NCBI GenBank assembly: GCA_951406725.2
Contig: OX597816.1
Span: 74,214,001 to 74,278,000 of the forward strand
Direction: 5' to 3'
Length of the DNA stretch: 64,000 nt
Source: Octopus vulgaris
Lineage: Eukaryota
A program made the position numbers and the translations under genes. The number at the start of each line of letters is the position of its first letter. Within the stretch, counting starts at the first letter, position 1. Shown here piece after piece: positions 53,262 through 64,000 of the stretch. The notes beneath the pieces are model-generated. The model had not been told where the DNA came from, made no database searches, and worked only from the letters and a program-made list of their open reading frames with translations.

Positions 53262-56035
53262 CAGGCCCGTAGCTACGGGGTGGGGGGCTATGGGGTGTTC
53301 GGCACCCCCAGTTAGAATCTCAGCCCCTCCACCCCAGTATGAGAATTTGTTTTATCCACTTTTGAAAGAAAAAGAAAACAAAAACAAAAGAAATGACAGT
53401 TACTGATTAAGAAATTGGGAGAATTGTGCAATAAGTAATAAAAAAAAAGAAAAATTAAATATGTGAAGTTTCAAATTCAAAACCACTGAACCTGCCAAAT
53501 ATTATGAAGAGATTATCTCCCTTGTAAATTCTTGATCTGCCATGCAAGCAATATCTGAAGTCGCTAAAGATGCAATAAATTGAATTTCTTTTGATTTAGT
53601 AGTTAGTGCTATGAAAATATGGATAGATTAGAGCTGTTTGTTGTAGCTGTAATTGTTGTCGCAGAATTGGCTGCTGACCCGGTCATCAACTGTGGGTTGA
53701 ATTTAAGGACTGGCTGACGCTGGGTCAGTTGTTGTGGTGGTGGTGATGCTCGTGATGGCGACGTCAGTGCTGGTGATTGTCCTTGTTGCTGTTGAAAAGT
53801 AGGTGAAGAATTGTGGCCGTAGTTAGAGATTTATGGTAGTAAACGCATCACTACACACACATATATATATATATAATAGTGTAATGAATAAAATATATGC
53901 ATACATACATACATATATGTACGTACCTACATCTAATATACATGCATATATAAATATATATACGTGAGTACAGGACACCACAAATAGACGTAGAACTCAA
54001 CGAGAAACGAAAACGTAAAAACAAGCATGGAACGGACCATTTTTTTACAACGAAAAAACAGAGTACGAGACAAACTACACAAGGAAAAAACCCCTTCATC
54101 AGCTGTCCCTAGTTCAACTCCAGCGTGTTTCGAAGGTGAGGACAGAACACGACTCGTCGAACTAACCCTTCCTGCGAAAGAATTAAATAAAATTACTTCG
54201 CAGAGGGGTAAAAACAAGGAAAGAAAAAAATGTGACACAAACAGGACGTAAAAACGATACAAATAAAATTACAAAATAAAATACAAAATAAAAATACAAT
54301 TACAAAAAATACAAAAACAGAAATAAAAACAAACAAGAAAACAAACGAAGAGGGCCTTTTTTTGGCCTAGACGAGGAAGATTCTAAGAGCGTAAGAAAAA
54401 CCGTGTGTTTACAGTTAGGAGGCCGCAGGCAAAAGGAAGTAGTCAGCCGGCTGTGAGAGAGATGGGGAGGAGTGAGTGAGAGAGAGAGAGAGGAAGACAA
54501 GTGGCTGAGAGAGAGATGAGGAGGAGTGGGAGAGAGAGAGATAGGGAAAGAAGGGAAGGTCAGAGACGGACATTAAAAAGTCTAGTCAGAGAAGATTATT
54601 TATTCGCGAAAAAGGAGAGAAAATTTTTGAAATTTCCCAAAATATACTACATTCAGGAAGTATTTTACAAGTGAGAACTTTCACTGAATAATTTTTCTTA
54701 CACTTTGAACAAAGTTAATACTGAAATTATTTTGTGTTTAACTAAAAAACCATAACTTTGAAGAAATTGAAAAAAAAATTGCTTGAACCGAAATCTCTTT
54801 CGAGTTTAATTTTAAAATACATAAATTTTAAGAAATTGTTACTCAATTAATTATTGCGAATATCGGTGCCCAAAAATAATGAATCACAACCGAAAAAGAG
54901 AACTGAAGCAATCATTGCTGAATTTCCTATCAGATTCATCTAATAATGCTAAGCAGAAGAGAATTGCAAACGAAGTTTCGCAGCTCAAGGGAGGTCTTGC
55001 AAAGTCTTTGACACCCTCGTTGGACGCTCTCGGACAGGTCGACTGCCAAACCAGTGCAGCCAGTTCTAGCAAAGTTTGATACAAAAATTTATGGAAATCA
55101 GAGACGTGACTTCTCATCAAGCAGGTATACTAATCGTTTATGGTTAGAGTATTCTCTTTCAAAGAAAGCCTTGTTTTGTTTTGCTTGTCGGCAATTAAAT
55201 ACTTCTGCTCAAGCTGATACTTGTTTTAGTAAAAATGGATATTCTAATTGGCATTATGCAAAAGAAAAAAAAAACAAAGGTTTAAATAAGCACACAAACT
55301 CTGCATCCCATATCTAAGCTATGTTGACATGGAAGGAACGCCAACAATGTTTATCCATAACATCCATGTCTTCAATCTTGCAAAATGATCAGTTGAGCAA
55401 AAATCGTTATTATATCAGTTCCATTGTTGATATTGTTCATTTAATTTGTGCAAACGAATTGCCTTTTCGAGGAAACGAAAATGAAGCTTTTCGGGAACTT
55501 TATTCGGAAGATGATACGTAACCTTGTGGTCTTTATTTGAAATTATTCCAGTACACATTAGAGAAAGACTCAAAGCTAATGGAATGTTACAGCATGATTC
55601 CAAAAAATGCGACCTACACCTCCGCAGCAATGCAAAACGAAATCATCGAATTGTTGATAAGACACACTGTCAGCCTCGTGCTCGATGTTTATTTGAAATT
55701 ATATAAAAATAATGTTTAAAGATTTGGCTGTTATCTCTAGCATGTAGAATGTGCTTGTTGAAAATAATTTTTTTAATATTGGAGTCGATACATTCGACTA
55801 AAAATTCTTTGAGGTGATGCCCCAGCATGGCCTCAGTTTAATGTTTGCAACAAGTAAAATGAAAATAAAAACGAAATATATCAGAAGTTTTGCCCAGGAT
55901 AGGCGTCAAGAAATGTGAAAAAATAAACGGAAAAAATAACCGAAAAATATAAGCATGGGGCTTTTGTCCACTTTCACACTTTTGTCCGTACCCCTGTTCA
56001 GCACCCCCAGTTGCAATCGGCTGGCTACGTGGCTG
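53262..56035 (+). mobile_element. Degenerate hAT transposon with nested insertions; transposase relic ~55050-55700 (TTF zinc finger/DUF4371-like)
   Basis: TIRs caggcccgtagc / gctacgtggctg; flanks gcatgaat / gtatgaag; WLEYSLSKKALFCFAC, ELPFRG, NATYTSAAMQNEII. Confidence 0.75.
54091..54151 (-). ncRNA. Permuted hammerhead-like motif with all core nucleotides intact
   Basis: CGUG-UU-CUGUCCU-CAC-CUUC-GAAA-CACG-CUGGAGUUGAACUA-GGGACAG-CUGAUGA-A-GGGG. Confidence 0.7.
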
Positions 56036-56983
56036 GTATGAAGTAAGGATTTGCGTTCTCTCTATCTGTATGTATGCGTGTATGTATGTATCTATGCATG
56101 TATGTATACACACAAACACACACATAGAAATTTGGCACAAGGTATATCTACACGAGAAAACATTAATACATATATCTTCCGCGTTACGAAAGCGCATTAC
56201 CCATAATTCATTTCCCCATAACTTATCTTGTTCATTGACGTTTAATTTATATGAAAGTCATCGGGGGGGGGGGGATAAGTTTCACATTACGTAGCTTCGC
56301 ATTGTGTCATGATTTCCACGGTTGCAATGCTTCCACTATGCGACTGTTGCTTAAAAAACAAAACGAGCTTTTAGGGCATCAAGTCATTTTATAACGATAT
56401 ATTGAACCAATCGGTTTTTGGGGGGTATTGTTTGCCACAGAAGACAAGTTGGTAGCGTTTATCTTTAATTCATTAAACTGTTTATCTTTTATCTTGTCAC
56501 ATATGGTTGTAGCAATGTGGAGTTTGTCAATGAAGATATACTTCAAAAGTATGCGTTACCTTTGCCAAAGTAGATGGCTCAGTTAATGCTGTGTAGTCTC
56601 ACTGCGGCTGTGAGAATAATAACTGAACCAAATTCACAAACAATTAACTGTAATATTTATTGCCAGACGTAACGATATTCGGTGTTGGCTTCCCGCTACT
56701 ATCTTTCATTATTTACTTGTTTCTTCACTAAACTGCGGCCATGCTAGAGCAAACCCATAAAGGGGTTTTAATCTAACTAATCAACCCCAGTACTTACGTT
56801 TTTTTCTATAAGTTTGGTACTAAATTTCTTTTCATTCGCAGAACCTCTAAGTTACGGCAACGTAAACAAACCAATACCGGTTATCAATTGCTAGGAAGGG
56901 ACAAATACAGATACAAAAACACTCACATGCATACGCGCGCATCTATACACCGTCTTCGTCTTTTTTTTTTTTTTGTGAATTCT

Positions 56984-57026
<43 letters not shown>

Positions 57027-57188
57027 TACACATATATATATATGGCAGTGCTCCAGCATAGCCACAGTCATTGGACTGAAACATAAAATAAAAGAATATG
57101 TACACTCGCACATACGCAGATTGATCTATCTATCTATCTATCTATCTCTAGTTTTTTTTTAACAAGAAACCATTCAGTAGCATGAATT

Positions 57189-57261
<73 letters not shown>

Positions 57262-57318
57262 CTATCTATCTATCTCTAGTTTTTTTTTAACAAGAAACCA
57301 TTCAGTAGCATGAATTGG

Positions 57319-57380
<62 letters not shown>

Positions 57381-57385
<5 letters not shown>

Positions 57386-57872
57386 TACATTAAAAGGCTT
57401 CTAAAAGAAGAAGTGAGTACTAGATACACAAAAGTTGGATAAATTCAGTGAAATGAAAATTAAAAACGTTTACAAACTCGGTTCATCTTATAAAACCTTT
57501 AATAATAATCTTGCAAGTATGAAAATTGGTCCTTAAGTTATATTTTGTTTATAACAGCTACTTATCATCATGTTTACACTGGAGGCTATCATATTTATTG
57601 GATTAATTTACAAATTCATCTTATAAAAGTTAGAGAAAGCAAATTAGTAGAGTCGCACATGCTTCTATTGATATGCACTTCTAGAATAACAGGTTGCTTA
57701 CTGAAGAATCTGACCTGAGCAGATAAATTATATTTAATGCTGAAAAAGACGAAACTGCAGTATAAGATGAACCGAGTTTGTAAACGTTTTTAATTTTCAT
57801 TTCACTGAATTTATCCAACTTTTGTGTATCTAGTACTCACTTCTTCTTTTAGAAGCCTTTTAATGTACTTAT
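57381..57872. mobile_element. Hammerhead element with ~112-bp terminal inverted arms
   Basis: 57381-57492 is the reverse complement of 57761-57872; hammerhead at 57697-57766(+). Confidence 0.85.
57697..57766 (+). ncRNA. Type I hammerhead with long stem II insert
   Basis: CUUA-CUGAAGA-AUCU...AGAC-GAAA-CUGCAG-UA-UAAG; palindromic stem III. Confidence 0.7.
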
Positions 57873-58552
57873 ATATGAATAACATATAGCCTATGGCTAA
57901 AATGTCTTTTGTACTAGATCACCGGCGATAATAATTTATTTTATCGCATTTTGACTATGTTTACGTATATATATATATATATATATATAAACGGCAAAAT
58001 GTCTGTGTGTGTGTGTGTGTATCCTTTATACAAATCCACAATTTTTCAGTTAGAGGGCTCGCACTTTCTATGGTCATTCAAAACCGTCCAAGGGTGGTCG
58101 TGCACATCTTTACATTTCCCCAGTCACCCCGCAAAGCCATTAAAAAATCAATAGAAGTGACTTTTTTGTGAATTTTCTATCCAAAACCTAATCAAAATGC
58201 CTGAAACTTGATATGGCAATTGAATGCCAGCTAGCTGTATGTGATTGGTCGGAGATTTGGACAGTACTCGCATATATGTGCGCACGCGCGCAGCTGTATA
58301 TGCATGCACTAGCACTATGACCCGGAGTGTCATGATGATTCTGCTTGAGAACTATGTTAATGGTACACATGTCTGTGGAATACTCAGTCACATATACACT
58401 GATTCAATGAGACTGGCAAGCCAGTAGATTGAAGCAGTGAACCCTCAATGGTTAGAAATTCTAACCATTCTTCAAAAAGTCTGTAATCTGAATTTCATAT
58501 AGACTTCATAGACTTCCTTAGAAATCCTGCAAATTAAACTGTTTCACATATA

Positions 58553-59045
58553 ATCACCACTACCACTACCACCACCGCCACTGCCACTGTCACTTTCACA
58601 ATCACCACCACTACCACTGCTACCCACACCACAATCGCCGCCACCACCTCCATGCTGCCACCATCACCACTGCTACCCACACCACAATCACCACCACTAC
58701 CTCCATGCTGCCACCACCACTACCACTGCTACCCACACCACAATCGCCACCACCACCTCCATGCTGCCACCATCACCACTGCTACCCACACCACAATCAC
58801 CACCACTACCTCCATGCTGCCACCACCACCACTGCTACCCACTACCACCATCACGCTCCCACTACCACCACAGCCACCACCACCACCACTTCCATGCTGC
58901 CACCATCACCACTGCTACCCACACCACAACTACCACCATCATCACCATTGCTACCCACAGCACAATCACCACCACCACCACCACACTCCCACTACCACCA
59001 TGGCCACTGCCACTGCTACCCATACCACAATCATCACCCCCACGA
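58553..59045. repeat. CAC-rich minisatellite (~54-bp unit)
   Basis: cctccatgctgccaccatcaccactgctacccacaccacaatc repeated about 7 times. Confidence 0.9.
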
Positions 59046-62000
59046 CCAGCCTTTGGACATTTCTGCCTCAAGTAAGACTCATAAGGTTGATTACTCAGTT
59101 TTCATGGCACATAAGTAACCAAGATCACAACATTCTCCACTGACTGGGACATTGGTTCATTGGAGGGTTATTCATTTGCAGTGGAGCAGGACAGAGTAAC
59201 ATAAAATGAAGCGTTTTGCTCAAGAACACAACACAACACCCAGTCCAGGAATCGAAACCACAATCTTACAATCATGACTCCAATACCTTAGCTACTAGGT
59301 CACACGTCTGTTATAATAAATAATACACAGTGGATTAGAATTTCCCTCGTTTTCAATGTTTAGGAAAGACGAATGTGTATAATTTGTAAATTAATCCAAT
59401 AAATATGATAGCCTCCAGTGTAAACATGATGATAAGTAGCTGTTATAAACAAAATATAACTTAGGGACCAATTTTCATACTTGCAAGATTATTATTAAAG
59501 GTTAAATGGCAAAAATTTGTGTTTAAATTCCTTTCAATTTTACTCTGTAACCGTCACAACCCAATGCATTACACAGTTTAGCAAATACAATATTTTTCTT
59601 CATATTATTATTATCGTCATTTTGTTTCTAATCTCGACTAACATCGGTGACTTCAACAACAGAAATGAAGGGACGCAATTGTATATACACCAACGGTTGT
59701 TGTGTGGAACAGTCTAATATTTAAGTGAATAATATACTTTTGTGCTGTTTTGTACAAGATGGGCGTCATCAAACTGAGAACTAAAATACTTCTTTTTTAT
59801 CTTCTTTATTTAAGATGGTAGAGATTAGTTCTAAATGGAATGATGCCTAAGATACCTTACATAATTTAATTCAGCTCTTCTCCATTCAGGGTTCAAACCT
59901 TACCAAAGTTGACTTTGCCTTTCAATTTCTTGGGGGTCATCATTACAATCACCACCACCATCATCATCATCATTGTTTGTCCACTTTTAATACTGACATG
60001 AGTTGAATGGCCCAAGTCAATCCTTCTTCAGAGTCACTGTCCCCCTAGACGGAGTAACTATCCTCCAAACTGGAGTATGGACTCCTTGATGGGTTCCACT
60101 CAAACATTCCATGTCTGGCATGGTTTCTGTCGCTGGACGTTCTTCCTGACACTAACAGAGTGTATCAAGATATATGGCATGTTGATGTATAAGACCCACC
60201 CATGTAAAAAGCACTGGTAATGGTACCACATAAAAAGCACTGGTAATATTACCACATACAAAGCATCAGTGATGGTACCACATAAAAAGCACTGGTGATG
60301 GTGCCATGTAAGAAGCACTCAGTACACCCTGTAAAGTAGTTGGCATTAGGAAGGACATCCTGCTGTAGAAACCTTGCCAAAACAGACTATGGAACCTGGA
60401 GTGGACTTTGGCTTTGCCAGCTCCTGCCCAACCATTCAACCCAGGGCAGCATGGAAAATGGACATTAAATGATGATGATGATGATGATTGGAGTGCATTT
60501 TATCATGGCACCAGCACTTGAGAGGTTGTCATGTTCTTTACAAGAATTGAAGATCCTTCTCTATCTTCATTCGCCAACCACTGAGTACATTTATTGTGGC
60601 ACCAGCACTAGAGAGTCTACCTTATTTGATGAAAGGCACTAAAAAGACATCTCTTACCCTGGAAAACATAACCAAAAGGATGAAATGAAGGGAGATTGAT
60701 GACCATGAGGGTGAAATAAGAGAGAGTAAGGATAAGATAGAGTAAGTGAGAATAAAAGTTAGCATGAGTGTAATGAGGGAAACAGTAATAAGATGGTAGG
60801 GGAAGGAGTAATAGGAGAGAGACAGTGATGGTAACATGTTGGTTGTTGGTAAGGTGGTTGAATAGCCCTATGTTGGGATTGTGATTAACAGGATGCTGGG
60901 TGTCTATGAAAAATCACATGGGGGAGAGATAAGGATTTAGATAGAGTAGGTTGATGGTAGGAGATACTGAATATGGACAGATCAGATACATTAGATCACG
61001 TATGTTGTAGCAGCAAAGGATGATACATCTTGGCATGTTGATTCCAGACTCATGTAGCAGTCATAGCAGTTGATGTCATGTTGTAGAATATGCTACTACA
61101 AAAATGCCAAAACATGTAATATTTATATCTTGGTTTCAAATTTTGGCACAAGGCCAGCAATTTTGGGAAAGCGGGTAAGTCAATTACACCAATCCCAGTA
61201 ATGAACTTGTATTTTATCAACCGCCAAAAGAATGAAAGACAAAGTCAACCTTGGTGGAATTTGAACTCAGAATGTAAAGACAGAAGAAATGTCAAGCATT
61301 TTGCCTGGTGTGCTAATGATTCTGCCATCTTGCCACCTTAAATATTCTTTTCTACCCTGGGCACAAGACCCGAAATTTTGGGGGAGGTGGGGGGCAATCG
61401 GTTAGATTGACCCCAGTACACAACTGGTACTTAATTTATTGACCCCGAAAGGATGAAAGGCAAAGTTGAACTCAGAATGTAAAGACAGATGAAATAACGC
61501 TAAGCATTTCGCCCAGTGTGCTAACGTTTCTGCCAGCTTGCTGCCTTATAATATACTTACATATTGCAATGCGTTTTGTCTCTGGAAACCGTTGTGTCTT
61601 ATCCTCCTTAGTAATCCCTACCATAACTCACAGTTAATGTAATGATCACCATGACCATCACCTCTCAAAAGCTAATATAGCTGTGTTTGTAAGGTGGCAA
61701 GCTGGCAGAATCGTTAGCATGCCAGGCGAAATGCTTAGTAGTATTTCATCTGTCTTTACGTTCTGAGTTCAAATTCCACTGAGGTCGACTTTGCCTTTCA
61801 TCTTTTTGGGGAGTCAATAAATTAAGTACCAGTTGTGTACTGGGGTCAATATAATCCACTGGCCCCCTTCCCAAAACTTTTCTGGCCTTGTGCCTAGAGT
61901 ATAAAAGAATATAGCTGTGCTTGTGAATTCCTGACCGACTGACTTATGCCAGTGTTAGGCTAAACCTTGCAGACCAGTTTAATGACATTAATAACAATTA

Positions 62001-62282
62001 CATATTTGACATATATATATATATACACATTATACACACACATATATATATATATGATGGGCTTCTTTCAGTTTCCGTCTACCAAATCCACTCACAAGTC
62101 TTTGGTTGGCCCGAGGCTATTATAGAAGACACTTGCCCAAGGTGCCACACAGTGAGACTGAACCCAGAACCATGTGGTTGATAAGCAAGCTACTTACCAT
62201 ACAGCCACTCCTGCGCCTATATATATATATTTATTTATATATATATATATTTATTTATTTATTTATATATATATATATGTAT

Positions 62283-62351
<69 letters not shown>

Positions 62352-62392
62352 AGAGTGTTGTAGTTTGCTTGAAGCATTGTGTATTCTTTGTA

Positions 62393-62640
62393 AAGAATAA
62401 AATGTTTTGAATAACACAACAATGCACTATAATAACAACAATGAACTATAATAACTGTTGTAATTTAATCTGATATAATATTTCGGAATATAAAAATTCC
62501 TTCTTCAGATATCCATCAATTCCTAGGGATATCTGAAGAAAGAATTTTCATATTCGGAAATATCATACCAGACTATGGATGATTAAATTACAACAGTTAT
62601 TATAGTCCACTGTTGTGTTATTCAAAACACATTATTCTTT
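62393..62640. mobile_element. Inverted-repeat element with two back-to-back minimal hammerheads (62472-62513 minus, 62528-62569 plus)
   Basis: Minus: GAUAU-CUGAAGA-A-GGAAU-UUUUAU-AUUCC-GAAA-UA-UU-AUAUC; the plus copy is more diverged. Confidence 0.75.
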
Positions 62641-62654
62641 ATATATATTTTTAT

Positions 62655-62709
<55 letters not shown>

Positions 62710-63214
62710 ATAGGATTAGCTCGTATACGAGTAGGTATATATTTGTAAAAAATGAAGTTCGAAAATGCTGCTATATTATACAATTTTTAATTTTTATATA
62801 TACATTATAACATGTTTCAGTTCCTGAAATGAACCTTATCAAAAAAAGTTATATATAAAAAAAGACAGCTCATGCCGTCAAACACAAGAAATTCATTTAT
62901 AATACACAACGGAGTCAGACATCTTAGAGTTCATGTATAGTTGATATATAGTTTGAAGTAAGTTCATTCATGCTATATGCTCAAAGTGTTCGATGCAGTG
63001 GCCCACGGTGGCGATACGTATTCAATACAAAAAACAGATCAAAGTGGTGGAAAGCAGTCAATACAGAAGATTGATGTTTCCGAAAGAGCGAGGAATTCAT
63101 TTTTACCTTAAGCAATTGTGATGACCCATGGTGGGTGTTCGCTGGGTGGTTCTAGTGAGTCTTGTGAATTGCTCGGTTTTATAATGCCTGTTAGGTGGTC
63201 AGTCCAGCGTAGCG

Positions 63215-63550
63215 TGACGTCATCAACGTTTTGACCAATCGTTTCGTTAGGTGGCTTTAGTCAAGCAGAACGGGACGTCATCATCATTTTGACCAATCGC
63301 TGTATTATAACTGCCTCTTGTCTGTTTCCTGTTTTGACCAGTCGCTTCGTTAGTCAAGCAGAACGGGACGTCATCCAGATTCTGCCCAATCACGACTTAT
63401 AGCTACATTAGATCTGCCCCTGTCTGTTCTTGTTAGGTGACTAGTCAAGCAGAAAAGGACGTCATCAATATTCTGACTAATGACTGTCCCCTGTTTGTAT
63501 CCTGTCCATTCTAGCAGAACTAGACGTCATCAACTTGTTGACCAATCAGA
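63215..63550. promoter_or_regulatory. Array of five GACGTCA + CCAAT-like modules 3' of a Penelope-like ORF
   Basis: gacgtcatc-N5-6-tt.tg(a/c)c(c/t)aat at ~63216, 63274, 63368, 63458, 63523. Confidence 0.35.
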
Positions 63551-63716
63551 ATCGGGTCTGACCCTTAGCTGTATCGTATGTATCAGGGTCAGATTTGCAC
63601 GAAAGAATTTTTTTCCCTTTTTTACTAAGGTATATTTCCGTCAGTGCGAGTGTCTGTTTAAGGTAGCGGCCATGGTGGAATTTTGCTTCTCCTTTTCGGA
63701 GGACTTATCTTTTGTT

Positions 63717-64000
63717 TTAGTATTCCTGGCCCAGGGTGTTTAAACTTGGTCTAAATTTTTTTATGAAATATAGTTCTTTATTTTGGCGTTGTGTGAAGGT
63801 TGCGTTGTCACTGAATTTATAGAGCGGGTTAGTTGTAAATTTCGGATTTACATTTCCAGCACATCTATCTATGTGTCCGCTGACCGGTATTTTGCGGTAA
63901 TCAGGGTTTCTAATTTGTGATTTATGCACCGCCATCCTGTTACGTAAGCTATTTTTTGTATGGCCTATATACTGCCTATTGCAGCCTGCGCATGTTATGA
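63717..64000 (-). CDS. Penelope-like element GIY-YIG endonuclease C-terminus (open to the window edge)
   Basis: ITCAGCNRQYIGHTKNSLRNRMAVHKSQI...VSGHIDRC...RQNKELYFIKKFRPSLN. Confidence 0.85.
   Translation of the reverse strand, partial: ITCAGCNRQYIGHTKNSLRNRMAVHKSQIRNPDYRKIPVSGHIDRCAGNVNPKFTTNPLYKFSDNATFTQRQNKELYFIKKFRPSLNTLGQEY

Noticed and set aside
58652-59143. His/Thr/Pro-rich ORFs suggesting a mucin-like exon
   Set aside because: Open in all three frames because of the CAC minisatellite; no splice or flanking coding evidence.
60195-60320. Short direct repeats resembling a CRISPR array (also 58553-59045 and 63215-63550)
   Set aside because: No unique spacers, no cas genes and a eukaryotic context; ordinary tandem repeats.
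63068-63110. Hammerhead-like GAAACAUC motif on the minus strand
   Set aside because: The core strand and stem I cannot be assigned convincingly.

Overview
Repeat-dominated, gene-free (intergenic or intronic) animal DNA. It is most likely from an octopus or other cephalopod; this is inferred from the extreme (TA)n/(CA)n/(TAGA)n microsatellite load and the recurring tRNA-derived SINE families. I found no intact host gene, and nearly all listed ORFs are microsatellite artefacts. Recognisable coding relics are all transposon-derived: a CR1/L2-type LINE RT, R4/Dong-like and RTE fragments, four Penelope-like (GIY-YIG) fragments, Tc1/mariner, hAT, and a Gypsy integrase, plus non-autonomous Helitrons and MITEs. 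The notable signal is in RNA structure: more than 15 hammerhead-ribozyme-like motifs sit in small non-coding elements lodged in TA tracts. (1) A ~640-nt element family carries a hammerhead whose three core strands occur in a scrambled, non-circularly permuted order, with compensatory base changes across five copies. (2) A family of ~350-390-nt retrozyme-like monomers occurs as tandem and inverted arrays, with variant cores (CUGAUGA, CCGAUGA, UUGAAAA) and a second conserved structured domain. TA-centred fold-back duplications accompany several insertions. All structures were read by eye and none has been tested.
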